The notes under the pieces were generated by a model. That model searched no databases. It had not been told where the DNA came from and was given only the letters and a program-made list of their open reading frames with translations. The translations under genes and the position numbers were made by a program. Positions 20,701 through 33,577 of a stretch of 42,438 nt of DNA are shown here, piece by piece; the stretch's first letter is position 1, and every line of letters starts with the position of its first letter. Source of the stretch: Thraustochytrium aureum. Taxonomy: Eukaryota. Location of the stretch: assembly GCA_012862495.1 (NCBI GenBank), contig BLSG01000047.1, forward strand, positions 1 through 42,438, given 5' to 3'.

Positions 20701-23700
20701 GCTCAAAAGACCGCGCATATCTGCCCAGGTGTTCAGGTCTGCGCTCGCCAGCTTGAGGACGCGCAGCAGCATCCCAGACGCCTTGACCTCCCCAAGCGCG
20801 ACAAGGTCGTGCACAACGGCCGCCCGCACGGTCGAGTCTAGTGCGTCCCACTTGTCCAGCACGAGCACGAGCGCAGTCCTCGCATAGAGCGAGCCCAGTG
20901 CATGCGCTGTTGCAAGCAAGGACCCCAAGACCTGATTTAGCGTTGCCTCCCGCAGCTTCGCGATCGCCTCTTTAGGGCGCTGAATGGCTTCGCTGAGAGG
21001 GCAGACCAGCTCGCGCAAAGCCGCGCCACTGCTCATGTCAACAGGGTCCTCCTCGCCCTGCCGGCGGCGCTTGCCGCTCTTCCCTTTGGTCTTGCTCGAC
21101 ACCCTCGTCTCTGCTCCGACGCGCCCGATACCGTGCAATCCAGCCCCGACCCCTCGCCGCCGCGCGCCATCACGCGCTGTCGCCGCTGCAGCTGGCGCAG
21201 GCGGGAAAAAGCGATCTTTCGCCGCCTTGTTGGTTTGTGCAGGGACCTCCTCTTCGAGGCAGTCCTGGACGAGATGTCGGTGGAAGTGGCGTGAGACTGC
21301 AGGCACCGCGGGGTCCAGCTGATCAAACCAGCGATGGCCCCGAACGTTGTGCTCAGACAAGAAGGCGTGTGCGATTGGTTTGCACCTGGCCCCAAGCGCA
21401 TCAGGCAGGGAGGAACTGGAGCGGAGGCGTGTCGGCCCCGCCAAAGTTGAATCGCAGCTTTTCCGTTCGGTTCAGCGACATCGCAGGGTACAAGCCGCGC
21501 ACGTAATCACGATCCTTGGTCAGCCCCCGNACGACGCAGCCCATCCCCGACCATAACTCGCCGTTCNNNNNNNNNNNNNNNNNNNNNNNNNNNNNNNNNN
21601 NNNNNNNNNNNNNNNNNNNNNNNNNNNNNNNNNNNNNNNNNNNNNNNNNNNNNNNNNNNNNNNNNNNNNCTTCGCGTGCCAGAAGAGCTGCCTGTACCCG
21701 TCAAACGACCAGGAGCGCCCGTCGTCGCCCACGCCGTCGCCGTCCACCGCATTTCCTGTGAAGGCCGCGTCTGCCCAGCCAATCTGCATGCAGTTGTCCG
21801 TCAGCAGGGTCACCTCAAAGTACCAGCACCCCGACGCGAGCAAGAGGTCCCGAGCACCAACAGAGGGAAAACCGGCCGCGCTGCTCTTGACGGAAACCGT
21901 GAGGTCGTCCGTAATGTCTACCGCGTCGCCTCCCGAAGTGCTCATCAACTTGCCGACGCCTGGCGGAAGCTTCACCCCGTCAGGGTTTCCGCTCGCTTCA
22001 GCCATTGCAGCAGCCCCATCGTCGCCCTGGCTCGCAGCTGTTGCGGCCGCTGCGGCCGCTTTCGAATCCGCCTCGTCTTGGGCCTGGAGCAGCTCGCCGT
22101 TGCCCAGAATCCAAGTCAGAGCGTTTTCAAAGTTCTCCCCCGTCGTGTCGATGGCCTTGGCACACCATTTTTCTGGGAACCCCATCTCGATTAGCTTGTC
22201 GATGATGACTCGTCGTCGCGGGTTGACGTCAACTGCGGACTGGGCCGAGCTGCGCGCCGCCTCCGCTTGGGCAGCCTCCACAAGGACGTCCATGTCGGAG
22301 GCGTGCTCGAGGCAAAACTCAATCGCAGCCTCGACGTCATCATCGCACCTGGCCAGAGCGACCTGACAAACTTGCTTCGGAAATCCCAGCCCAAGCTCGA
22401 GCATTGTGCGAAGCGCAGGCGAGAGGTCCTCGTCGTCTCCTTCCTCGGCATCATCGTCGTCTTCGCCGTCTTTATCGCTCGTCCTGGAGTCTACTCCACC
22501 TAGGGATTGACCCGCCTCTGAGGAATCGCCCGCACCCGCTTCGTCAGGGTTGATCTGCGCCGACTGGTCTCCTAGCGCGCAGGGGCCGGCCGCACCCGAC
22601 TCGCTCGCCTCTTCGCTGCAGCTCTTGGCTCGTTGCTTGGCCCGCCGCCGCCGGAGGCGAACGAGGAGCGCGCTGTTTGCCTCAAAATATTGGGCGACGA
22701 GGGCGCGCCACCAGCGCTCAAGCGCCGCAAGGTCCTGAATCCCCGCCGTCGCAGTGAGCGTGGCCGAGAGCTCAAGGAGCGAGCGGAATGCGCCCATCAC
22801 GACCAGGTCCTCCACGCCCTTTGTCCTCGCCATTTCAGCAACGGCCTTGAGCGCCGCAATCTCCATCTGGGTGTCATACACAAACACCTCGTTCGAAGCG
22901 CGGAGCTGGTTGGCGTCCTCCTCTGACATGATTGCGGGCACCTCCGGGTCTGGGGTGGGCGAGTAGTGGCTCTCTGTGGATCGCGCAACATGCTTCTCTA
23001 ACGCATGCTGGGCCAGGCGGAGTGCGCGCACCGCAAAGAGCTGCTTCGTCTCGGGCTGCAGAATCGTGCCGCACCCTGCCGGGACTTCGGAGACCGGGAC
23101 GAGCATGTCCGCATCGATGGTCGCGGACATGAGCCGAACGGTTTCTTTCCCCCCGCCAGCTACCGAGCCAGCGCCGCGCGTTCCAGACCCACTCCTCGCG
23201 CTCGCGGCGCCGAGCGCCGCGCCATTGCTGGTCGGGTCCTGCAAGAGAACTTTAGCGGACTCGCGGTTGGTGCCGCCGAGCGCGGCGAGGACCCCGGCCT
23301 TTTCAGAAAGCGACTTGATGTCGTCCATGTGAGAGTCGTCCACGCGCGAGAGGAGCGAGGGGGCGAAGCGGACCTTGCCGCAGACGCGCAGCTGCTCGAA
23401 GTGGCCTCCCAAAAGTCCCATGGCAACCCATGCGTCAACGTCCACGGCGCCCTGCTCGCTTGCGTCGGGCCCGTGTTCGGAGCTGCCTTGGATTGCGCTT
23501 CGAAGACGCTCCTGAACAGCCGGCGCCCAAGTGGGGCTAGCGAGCAGTCTCCGGAGCAACGAGACGACGTCGCAGGCGCGCCAAACTTCAGCCTCGTACC
23601 CCCTTTGAACGGACTGCTCAGCAGCGTTGGCAGCCTCATCTCCCTCAGCAGGCGCCAACAAGGCTTGAGCGTACGACGGCGGGTACGCTCGCGCAACCAG

Positions 23701-26700
23701 CGCCCACAGGTGCTCAACTACAGACCGATCCTGGTCGACTCCACGAATCTCTCGAATCCTGGGTAGCAGCCTCGCCAAAAGCCGCAGGGTGCGGTGCTGA
23801 ATGCGCGGCGACCCCACGGTTGTCGCGGTCAGCAGGGTCTCGATCCGCTCCGGCGACGAGAGGAACTGGAGGCACGTTTTCAGGCCGTTCACGCTGGTCG
23901 TGTACAATAGCATGACAACTTGAAAGCAATACTCCTCTTCGTCTGCGATCGAGGCATGCGAGAACCCCGCAGGATCGCCCGCACCATCCGCCACCTCCTT
24001 CGCCCGCCTGTGGTCTGAGCAACGGTGTTGCTGGAGCGCGTCTAGCGCTGTCTCGAGTTCAGTGAACAGCATCTCAAAAACCGACTTGCCGAGCGTTTCC
24101 GCCCCGGATGGCTTTGTGTTCGTGCGCAAATTGCTGAGCAGCGAGGCTGTGGGGCTCTTGAGCGAGAAGGTCGTCGCCGAGGCGTCGCCGCTTGGGGCGC
24201 CAGCGCCTCGAAGCACGACCTGTGAAGCCAAGAGGTGGACCACCCGTAGCGTTGCGCGCATAACGCGCTGGTGGCTCAGCACCCGCGCAAGTCGCGAGGC
24301 GCGCTCGGCCTCGGCAGACATGCTCACGGCTCCGACAGAGCTAGNNNNNNNNNNNNNNNNNNNNNNNNNNNNNNNNNNNNNNNNNNNNNNNNNNNNNNNN
24401 NNNNNNNNNNNNNNNNNNNNNNNNNNNNNNNNNNNNNNNNNNNNNNNNNNNNNNNNNNNNNNNNNNNNNNNNNNNNNNNNNNNNNNNNNNNNNNNNNNNN
24501 NNNNNNNNNNNNNNNNNNNNNNNNNNNNNNNNNNNNNNNNNNNNNNNNNNNNNNNNNNNNNNNNNNNNNNNNNNNNNNNNNNNNNNNNNNNNNNNNNNNN
24601 NNNNNNNNNNNNNNNNNNNNNNNNNNNNNNNNNNNNNNNNNNNNNNNNNNNNNNNNNNNNNNNNNNNNNNNNNNNNNNNNNNNNNNNNNNNNNNNNNNNN
24701 NNNNNNNNNNNNNNNNNNNNNNNNNNNNNNNNNNNNNNNNNNNNNNNNNNNNNNNNNNNNNNNNNNNNNNNNNNNNNNNNNNNNNNNNNNNNNNNNNNNN
24801 NNNNNNNNNNNNNNNNNNNNNNNNNNNNNNNNNNNNNNNNNNNNNNNNNNNNNNNNNNNNNNNNNNNNNNNNNNNNNNNNNNNNNNNNNNNNNNNNNNNN
24901 NNNNNNNNNNNNNNNNNNNNNNNNNNNNNNNNNNNNNNNNNNNNNNNNNNNNNNNNNNNNNNNNNNNNNNNNNNNNNNNNNNNNNNNNNNNNNNNNNNNN
25001 NNNNNNNNNNNNNNNNNNNNNNNNNNNNNNNNNNNNNNNNNNNNNNNNNNNNNNNNNNNNNNNNNNNNNNNNNNNNNNNNNNNNNNNNNNNNNNNNNNNN
25101 NNNNNNNNNNNNNNNNNNNNNNNNNNNNNNNNNNNNNNNNNNNNNNNNNNNNNNNNNNNNNNNNNNNNNNNNNNNNNNNNNNNNNNNNNNNNNNNNNNNN
25201 NNNNNNNNNNNNNNNNNNNNNNNNNNNNNNNNNNNNNNNNNNNNNNNNNNNNNNNNNNGCGCAGCCGAGGTATCGACGCTGAGCGCCGCGTCGCTCGCTG
25301 TGGCATCCGCAAGGCTTGAACTACTCGCGCTGTGCCCAAGGCGTTTGTGCTGCTGCGCCGCCGTGCTGGCGTTGCTGAGCGGCGACGAGTAGTCGAGAAA
25401 GGGCACCGTGCTGGGCTTGAGTTGGAGGAGGAATCGTGCTTTCACCAAGAGACGCTCCGCCAGAACGGCATAGGTGGACCCGCTTTGCTGCTTGGACCGA
25501 ATCGCCCACTCGATGATGCGCTGCGCAGAGCGCCACACCGAGATGAGCATTCGAGAAGGCTGGGCCGCGTCGCCGTCGTCCTTCAGCTGAAGGGCGTCCG
25601 ACGTCTGCTCCAGCCAAAGGGACAGCAAGCGAGCTTCTTGCAGGACTCCGGTGTGGACGAGCATGGCCGCAATCGTTGTTAGCCGCGCGGTGCGCATCGG
25701 GGCGCCGCCCACCGACAGGAAGGCGGACTTGCCCGCAAATCTCATCATCCACTTGTCCAGAGTCTCGACTGCGGCTTCCTCGCCCGTGGAAAGCGACTGC
25801 AAGAAGGCGATGTCTTTGTCGTCGTCGACGCCCCAGTTTGCGGTGTCGTTGAGCGCGCTTAGTAGCGCTTCCGAAGGCCTGCGCTTCATCGCCGTCCTTT
25901 CGCTGGGCGCCTGCGTCGGTGACGAGCGGGCGCTCGCGTTGCCCCGAAATCCGGAGAGCAGCCGAATCAAGTTGCCGCCGGGAACTTGCTGGGCGCGCTC
26001 CTCCAGAAAGGCCTCGATGGCATTTTGTGCAAACCCGCCTTGCAGCAAATTGGAACGCAGCAGCGGCTCGTATGTCGCCGATTCCTCGCTACTGTCAGTG
26101 GGCAACGGCGCGTTCGAGACCGCAGCAGCCATTTTGCCTCCCAGCGAGCCAAGGAGCTGGCGCAAGTCGGCCGCAGAGGCGAGTGCGCTGTCGCCCTGGG
26201 GCGCCGGACTGGAGCGGAAGGCCAGGATTTCGCCCACCCGAGTCGTGTGCAAATCTGTATACATGCCAACCATGAGCGCGGCACCAGGGAGGAGCCTGAG
26301 CGAGACGAGGCACTGGCTCTCTTTGCTCCACGACTCGAGCAGCGTCACGTGTGTGCTATGTGCGAGGCCGCATACTCGAAGGTTCTCTTGGTCGCTGCTC
26401 TTTTCTGCGCCAACCCCGGCACCGACCAAGGCGATGGGCGAGGCGCGCGCCCCAGGTTCACCAAGCGGCTCCCGCCGCTCGAGGCGCACCTTGTACTGCT
26501 GCTGCAGTGGGAGCTGGCTCACAAAACCCACTCGCCTTCAAGCTCTGCATGGACATCGCCGGCGCCACGTTGGCTACTTGGCTGACACTGGAGCAGCTGC
26601 ATCACGACTCGTAGGGTCGAAAGGGCCGTGCGCAGGTCGACCGTTTCTTGCGGCCAGAGCACGGTAGTAGCCACTAGCGGCGCTGCAAGACGCAATAGCA

Positions 26701-29700
26701 AATCGCGCCGCTCTGGCAGGCTCTGGAGCGCCGCTGCGATCGCTTCGAGTTGGCTCAGAGCGGCTTTCGGAACAGGGCCCTCCACGAGTCCAAGACCGTC
26801 GTTGAGGGCCTGCATCGACCGCAGCCGCGCGGCGTATTTGATGATCGGTCCCTGCGCAGAGTAGGCCAAGAGGTGCCGGTCCCAGTTCGGTTTGCTATCG
26901 CCTGGGCGCTTATCTGGCAAATCGGACCGTGGGCTGCGCGACGAGGCAGAGGTAGGCGAGGCCACGCTGCCGGGAGGCGGCGACGCCTGCAGCGTTATGG
27001 AATCGCCGCGCTGGTACAGGGCGACCGCCGGGTAAAGCTCCGCCTCCCCAGAGCAAAACTGCTGCAAGTTGCGGAACGCCACGCCCCAGTCCGAGCGGCG
27101 GCCGTTGCGCGAAACGCCGTACGAGAGCGTCCCGCTGCTTGTGTCAAGGGTGAGGTGCACGGTGTCGCCGGTGCGAAAGCCAGATCCAAACGACCGGAGC
27201 TTGGTCCGGTTGTGCCACAGGACTTTGGTTCCAATGAGACCCCAGCCGAAGCGGTCGCCTCCTAGATAGGTCGAGGAGGACGCGCCTTTGGCTGCCACGC
27301 CGATGAACACGTGGCCCTTCTCGCACCGGTTGAGGTGCACGCTCCAGGCGTAGACAGCTCGTTTCGCCCTGGACATAGGAAGCTGCGCGAGCGCCGTGCC
27401 CCAGTCCTTGTCGGACTTTTGCGTCGCGGTGCGCCCGTCGTCCGAGAGCTCGATCGATTCCGCGCACCGACCCTCTTGCAACGCCAGCAACGGGTCCGCT
27501 TCGTCAACCATGCCACCAGACTTGACGTCCGCGCCCCCATTCGCGAGAAACGCGCTCCGCTGTAGGGCAAAAAGAAAGCGTACGCGGAAGTGGTCGCACG
27601 GAGGGGCGTGGCGCTCGCCTTTCTCGTCCTTGCTGTCGTTCCCTGTCGATACCTCTGGCTCGGCGGGGGCGGCCTGCGGCTCGGNNNNNNNNNNNNNNNN
27701 NNNNNNNNNNNNNNNNNNNNNNNNNNNNNNNNNNNNNNNNNNNNNNNNNNNNNNNNNNNNNNNNNNNNNNNNNNNNNNNNNNNNNNNNNNNNNNNNNNNN
27801 NNNNNNNNNNNNNNNNNNNNNNNNNNNNNNNNNNNNNNNNNNNNNNNNNNNNNNNNNNNNNNNNNNNNNNNNNNNNNNNNNNNNNNNNNNNNNNNNNNNN
27901 NNNNNNNNNNNNNNNNNNNNNNNNNNNNNNNNNNNNNNNNNNNNNNNNNNNNNNNNNNNNNNNNNNNNNNNNNNNNNNNNNNNNNNNNNNNNNNNNNNNN
28001 NNNNNNNNNNNNNNNNNNNNNNNNNNNNNNNNNNNNNNNNNNNNNNNNNNNNNNNNNNNNNNNNNNNNNNNNNNNNNNNNNNNNNNNNNNNNNNNNNNNG
28101 GCGCAACAAAGTGGGCCGCCAAGTCGGGGGCGCTGAGCCGGGCGCAGAGGCACTCAATGAGGAGGTGGTTGGTCTTGGGAGGCGCCGTGACCAGGTCGTG
28201 CAGTTTTTGGCGCATTTGCTCCGGTTTTGGTAAAAAACAGCCGGACGCCAAGCGTCCAGCACAGCGTGGCCTGGTTGACCAACGAGGCAATCGCACGTCG
28301 CAGCGCCGGCTGCCCTGCGTTCCAGTCGAGAAGGGCAAAGCGCTCCACAAGGGCGCCCAACTTGAACGAGAAGACGGTGCCGTCGTCGCCGCCAGCAGAT
28401 CCCTTTTCGGCCATGACATCCGAGCCGTCCCGCCGACCTTTCGCGTTTGCCTCGGTGCCTGCGCTGGCATCGTCGTCGTCATCGTCGTCCTTGTCGCCGT
28501 CCCCGCTGGAGCTGTTTGCTCCCTCGCCAGCGCGGACAAACCGGTTGGAGGGTGACGGCGTTTTCGTACTCGCAGCAGCGCTTGCGGGGCTCGCGGACCC
28601 GCTCGCGCTGCCGCTGTCAAATCCCAGCCCCACCGATGCCGGGGCTATCCCGGCGCACGAGAGGTGGAAGAGGTTGGCACTCGTGACTCGAATCGCGTTC
28701 CGCGCGAGAGCGGCATCAAACTCTGACGCGGTAGCACTAGTTTCAAGCCTATCCAGCAGTGCGTGCAAAAGAAGGAAGGTCATGGGGTGCGCGGCGACGA
28801 CCGTCGCCGACGTGCGCCCTTCAGAGGCAACGTAGTCGTGCGCTTGGCAGCCCAGCGCCTGCAGCATGAGGCCAGCGAGCTGCCGCGGGGTCTTGTTAAC
28901 CCCTTCGCCCGGCTCGAACACTGCGCCGCGCGCCAGCGCAAGCGTCTGATCGTCAACCGTGACCAGCATCGCAGAAGGCTCGCTCAGGAGGACCATGCTA
29001 GTGATGAGAAGGGCGTGCAGAGACTTGCTGTTCTCGGAAAGGGCAGCCTGTACGAGGTGCGAGATAGACTCTGGCGACGAAGCGTGCTCGGCACTTGCGC
29101 TGCCCAGCTCGCGCAGCTCTGACATGCGCGCACCGCGCCAAATCCGATGAAGGCGCTTTTTGTTTGAAGCGGCGCTTCGATGCGCCGAGCGCGTGCGCGC
29201 GGATGGCTCCGCTGCGCCTTCCGACGCCTGCTCATCCTGCTCGTCCTGCTCCTGCTTTCGCTCAGCGAGCGCGTCGAGCTGCTCAGAACCGGGCCGGCCG
29301 ATTAAAAAGTCGTGCCGTAGAAGTGCGCTGCGCAGAACCGGGTCCCGCTGAAGCCCACTCAAGAGGGGCGAAAATACTGACAACGGCGGCGCGTCCACCC
29401 GGGTGTTGTCGTTGGTGCTGGGCTTGGTATCGCCAGCGTCTTTGCTCTTGGGAGACGAGGCGGCCGACTTTGGCGACCTCTCCCCCCCTTCAACGTGTGC
29501 TCGGCCGCGCCGCGCGAGCTCCCCAAGCGGCCCCGGTATGTTGAGGAGCTCGAACAGCTCGCTCCTCTTTCGGCCTTCCTCGCCGCCCCAGCTCGCGCCA
29601 CGCAGCTCATGACTTTCCGTCGCGACGTACAGCAGTGCGTCGCGGTCGAGCGCAGCCCCTGTCTCCGCGGCGACCTTGGCCAGTTTGGCCACCAGCTCGT

Positions 29701-29749
29701 CTGTCAACCCAGAGCCACTGCCTTCGTTGGCTTCCATTTTGGGCGCCAT
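14743..29749 (-). CDS. Giant (~5000 aa) HECT E3 ubiquitin ligase with 3 SPRY, 2 UBA and a MIB/HERC2 domain; 7 apparent frameshifts and 5 gaps
   Basis: Successive minus-strand ORFs join at single-base shifts. SPRY ~27470-26990, UBA ~22426-22303 and ~22218-22098, SPRY ~21900-21440, MIB/HERC2 (VVRGPDW..GNRDGG) ~19710-19585, SPRY ~17850-17120. HECT has VKFLGEGVKDYGGPYR and catalytic LPCAQTCFFSLALPKY. Confidence 0.92.
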
Positions 29750-30024
29750 CCCCCGGCGACGTCCGAGCCCGCGCAGACCCGCCTTCGCCGTCGATCGTAC
29801 CTGCCCGCGAGCGCGGCGCGCCCGTGTTAATCCACGCAGCTACCAGCGGGCCAGCTCCCAAGCTCGCTCGACCGCGAGTGGTCGGGACGAGCTGGATGGA
29901 TCGATCGGGGCCAAATCCCCCAAATCCCCAAACCGCCAGATCCTCGCCAGGAGAAGCCGCGATGCTGCCTGCCGCTCTCACCTGCGCGCCAGCAATACCG
30001 CCCGTGAGCCTATCGCCGCGCGCG

Positions 30025-30095
30025 TGCCTGCCCGCCTGCCCGCCTGCGCGCTTGCCTGCCAGCTGTCTGCCTGCCTGCCTGCCTGCCTGCCTGCC
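30025..30095. repeat. Degenerate (GCCT)n microsatellite upstream of the HECT gene
   Basis: gcctgcccgcctgcccgcctg...gcctgcctgcctgcctgcctgcc read directly. Confidence 0.8.
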
Positions 30096-30854
30096 AGCGA
30101 GCGTTGAGGACCTGCTCATCGGAGCTGTTCTTTCTTGTGCAACGACGACGAAGAAAGAAGAGAGAACGCCANNNNNNNNNNNNNNNNNNNNNNNNNNNNN
30201 NNNNNNNNNNNNNNNNNNNNNNNNNNNNNNNNNNNNNNNNNNNNNNNNNNNNNNNNNNNNNNNNNNNNNNNNNNNNNNNNNNNNNNNNNNNNNNNNNNNN
30301 NNNNNNNNNNNNNNNNNNNNNNNNNNNNNNNNNNNNNNNNNNNNNNNNNNNNNNNNNNNNNNNNNNNNNNNNNNNNNNNNNNNNNNNNNNNNNNNNNNNN
30401 NNNNNNNNNNNNNNNNNNNNNNNNNNNNNNNNNNNNNNNNNNNNNNNNNNNNNNNNNNNNNNNNNNNNNNNNNNNNNNNNNNNNNNNNNNNNNNNNNNNN
30501 NNNNNNNNNNNNNNNNNNNNNNNNNNNNNNNNNNNNNNNNNNNNNNNNNNNNNNNNNNNNNNNNNNNNNNNNNNNNNNNNNNNNNNNNNNNNNNNNNNNN
30601 NNNNNNNNNNNNNNNNNNNNNNNNNNNNNCGGATGGAGTCTCGTCTTGCTCCAAGCTTCGCGTCTGCGGCGGGCGCCACGACGCTGGCGAGCTTGCTTGC
30701 TCGGGGCGTCGCCTGCGCGTAGGTTGGCGTGGATCTTTGCACGCTTTCTTTGCAAAACTGGAGCTAAGCTTGACTTGACAGCCTCGGCCCAAGTGCGGAG
30801 CTGCGCTCGCGGCCTGCGCCCGCTACCTACACTTTGAGCAAAGCGGAGAAGAGG

Positions 30855-31718
30855 TCATGACGATGAGTCGGAGTTGCAGGCGAACGCGTACAGGCGGCGA
30901 ACTGCAGGCGGCGGCTCGAGCTCGTAGCGAACACCATTCGTACCGTAGAGCCAAGCAGACAAGGGGGACGTGCTTGGAGGAAAGCCGTCCTGCGCGCAGG
31001 AGATTGCGTCAGCGGCGTCCAGCTCATGCTGGCCCGGGGCTTCTTCGAGCTCGGATTCGGAACCCGCCAGGCGCGCGACGAGCGGGTACTTGGCGACGAA
31101 GAAGGCCAGCCACCGCTCGCGCAGTTTGAGGCGGTCCGCTTCGAGGTCGGCAACGTGGTCCGACATGTCAGCTTCATCCAGCGACGACAGTAGTAGCGCT
31201 CGCGTGATGGCCTTGCCGCCCATCGAACCGTAAGAGCCCTCCGGCGCGTACTGCTTGCGAGCCGCGGTGACGTTGAACACCCAGCTGTCCACTGCGACAA
31301 GCACGACCCTCCTTGGTCTTGAACCGTCGTAGAAGGCAAGTTCGTCAAGCGTGATGACCTCAAGCCGAGCGGCGTCGAGCTTGGCCGCAAGTGCCGCGCT
31401 GTCGCCCGCTGTAACCTCGTCCAGCCGCAACACGGCCGAGAGGTCCACCTTGGCGTTCCCAGGCCCCGCTCCTCCGAGCGCCATCAGCGGGCACTCGGCC
31501 TCGCCGCCGCCAACGCTCTCGACGCCGCTGACCTTGGCGCGCAGGACGGCGAGGTGGGCGAGGAAGGTGTCCCAGAACACGCTGGCAACCATCCCGAACA
31601 CCGCCAAGCCCAAGATGGCGCTTCGCAGCGCGGGAGGGAGGCCGCCACGCCGCTTGGCCCTCGCTGTCGCCGGCGCCGCCCGCGCTGCCGCCTGATCCAG
31701 TCCCCCCTCCTGAGCCAT
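30855..31718 (-). CDS. MAPR-family cytochrome b5-like heme/steroid-binding membrane protein
   Basis: N-terminal TM (AILGLAVFGMVASVFW), then ITLDELAFYDGS..VLVAVDSWVFNVT..QYAPEGSYGSMGGKAITRAL..W..FFVAKYPLVARL. The Tyr equivalent to the PGRMC1 heme ligand appears retained. Confidence 0.9.
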   Translation of the reverse strand: MAQEGGLDQAAARAAPATARAKRRGGLPPALRSAILGLAVFGMVASVFWDTFLAHLAVLRAKVSGVESVGGGEAECPLMALGGAGPGNAKVDLSAVLRLDEVTAGDSAALAAKLDAARLEVITLDELAFYDGSRPRRVVLVAVDSWVFNVTAARKQYAPEGSYGSMGGKAITRALLLSSLDEADMSDHVADLEADRLKLRERWLAFFVAKYPLVARLAGSESELEEAPGQHELDAADAISCAQDGFPPSTSPLSAWLYGTNGVRYELEPPPAVRRLYAFACNSDSSS

Positions 31719-32546
31719 CTTCGCCTTGGCGTGCGCTGGAGGCCAAACCTCGTGCGTGCAAGAATGCCAACTACACGTTGGCGGCGAGACCGATTGACGC
31801 ACGCCATTCCCTCCGCCGCCGCTCCCGAGAGCCCAGCCGAGAGCGGGCAGGGGCGGCTGGGCAGCGCGGTGCGGGCCGCGCCGTCTCGCACAACAGGCGC
31901 CGGACGCCCCGGGGAGTCGCACATCGTGGCGTGGCGGGAAGGAAGCTCACAGTCCGCCATCGCTGTCGTTCCGCCCAACGCGAGAAACAGCTCGCGGCCC
32001 GGGCCCTGGACGTGCACGCAGAGGCCTCGCCGTCGCGGGCAAGCTGGCCGCAGCCGATCGGGCGTCATCGANNNNNNNNNNNNNNNNNNNNNNNNNNNNN
32101 NNNNNNNNNNNNNNNNNNNNNNNNNNNNNNNNNNNNNNNNNNNNNNNNNNNNNNNNNNNNNNNNNNNNNNNNNNNNNNNNNNNNNNNNNNNNNNNNNNNN
32201 NNNNNNNNNNNNNNNNNNNNNNNNNNNNNNNNNNNNNNNNNNNNNNNNNNNNNNNNNNNNNNNNNNNNNNNNNNNNNNNNNNNNNNNNNNNNNNNNNNNN
32301 NNNNNNNNNNNNNNNNNNNNNNNNNNNNNNNNNNNNNNNNNNNNNNNNNNNNNNNNNNNNNNNNNNNNNNNNNNNNNNNNNNNNNNNNNNNNNNNNNNNN
32401 NNNNNNNNNNNNNNNNNNNNNNNNNNNNNNNNNNNNNNNNNNNNNNNNNNNNNNNNNNNNNNNNNNNNNNNNNNNNNNNNNNNNNNNNNNNNNNNNNNNN
32501 NNNNNNNNNNNNNNNNNNNNNNNNNNNNNNNNNNNNNNNNNNNNNN

Positions 32547-33105
32547 GTCCCATCGACACGATGATCAACCACAGCACCTGCCAGGTCTTTTTGAAAACCT
32601 GCGCGTGAGCCAAAGCGCACTTATCGGAAAGGAGGGCAACGGCTTTCAGTACATCTTGGGCTCGATGAACGCCGAGCGCATTTTGATCGCCTCGGAGTGC
32701 CTCGGCGACGCGCGCTTCTTCCTCGACCGGGCAACTGCGTATGCGCGCGAGCGCGAGGTCTTTGGGCGCCCGATCGGGCAGAATCAGGGCATTCAGTTCC
32801 CGCTTGCGACGGCCTACGCGAACGTTGAGGCCGCCTCGCTCATGGTGCAGGCAGCCACGGCGCTCTACAGCGCGCAGCAGGAGTGCGGTCCGCAGGCCAA
32901 CATGGCCAAGTACCTGGCCAGTGAGGCGAGCTGGGCGGCCGCAGAAGCGTGCATGCAGACCTTTGGCGGCTTTGCCTTCGCGTCCGAGTACGACATCGAG
33001 CGCAAGTGGCGCGAGGCGCGCCTGTACCGGACGGCGCCTATCTCGTCCAACTTGATTCTCACCAACCTCGCGGAAAAGGTGCTCGGGCTTCCGCGCAGCT
33101 TTTAG
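32547..33105 (+). CDS. Acyl-CoA dehydrogenase, C-terminal part (frameshift 32588-32592; 5' part in gap)
   Basis: MINHSTCQVF(F)ENLRV..LIGKEGNGF..MNAERIL; YAREREVFGRPIGQNQGIQF; ANMAK; QTFGGFAFASEYDIERKWRE; ends LGLPRSF*. Confidence 0.93.
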
Positions 33106-33207
33106 CGCGCGAGCTGGCGCCGACGCGCAACCGGCGGCTTCTTTCAAAAACAAAGCAAAAACCAAGAAACTTCTCGTCAAACACTAGAGCCAGCCTATTT
33201 CGCTGGC

Positions 33208-33435
33208 CTACGACTGCACGTCCCTTGGGCGGTCGCGGCGGACCTCATTGAGCGACTCGGCCAACCTGGCCTCCTCGGCGCGTCGCTCCTCGACCCGCTT
33301 CTGTATCGTAAGCTCCAGCAGGTTGGCTTCGGACGTCAGGAAGCGTTCGATGGCCCACTGCTGCACAAAGTATCCAGCCACGCCTCCAACAAGAGCGCCC
33401 CCGAGCAAGACTGACGCCGGCACTCTGCGCGCCAT
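33208..33435 (-). CDS. Small single-pass membrane protein (75 aa), unknown family
   Basis: AAG-ATG-G start context as in neighbouring genes; Gly-rich TM VLLGGALVGGVAGYFV followed by a charged helical tail. Confidence 0.65.
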   Translation of the reverse strand: MARRVPASVLLGGALVGGVAGYFVQQWAIERFLTSEANLLELTIQKRVEERRAEEARLAESLNEVRRDRPRDVQS

Positions 33436-33577
33436 CTTGCTGCCGTCCGTCTGAAGAAGCTTTGCCAGCCAGGTCATCGACCTGCGGCGTGCGCTGGATG
33501 GAGCTCCACCGCGACTTCCGTCACCTAGCGTCATAAAGTGGTGTGTTCGCGTGTAAGAGCCGGATGGTGCAATCCAC

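Noticed and set aside
9031..29830. Long plus-strand ORFs antisense to the kinase and HECT genes (e.g. 9031-11427, 16131-17738)
   Set aside because: Shadow ORFs expected from GC-rich codon usage; no recognisable domains.
4811..33105. Sterol/lipid gene cluster (P450 + MAPR + ACAD)
   Set aside because: P450 and MAPR are ~26 kb apart with unrelated genes between; no evidence of co-regulation.
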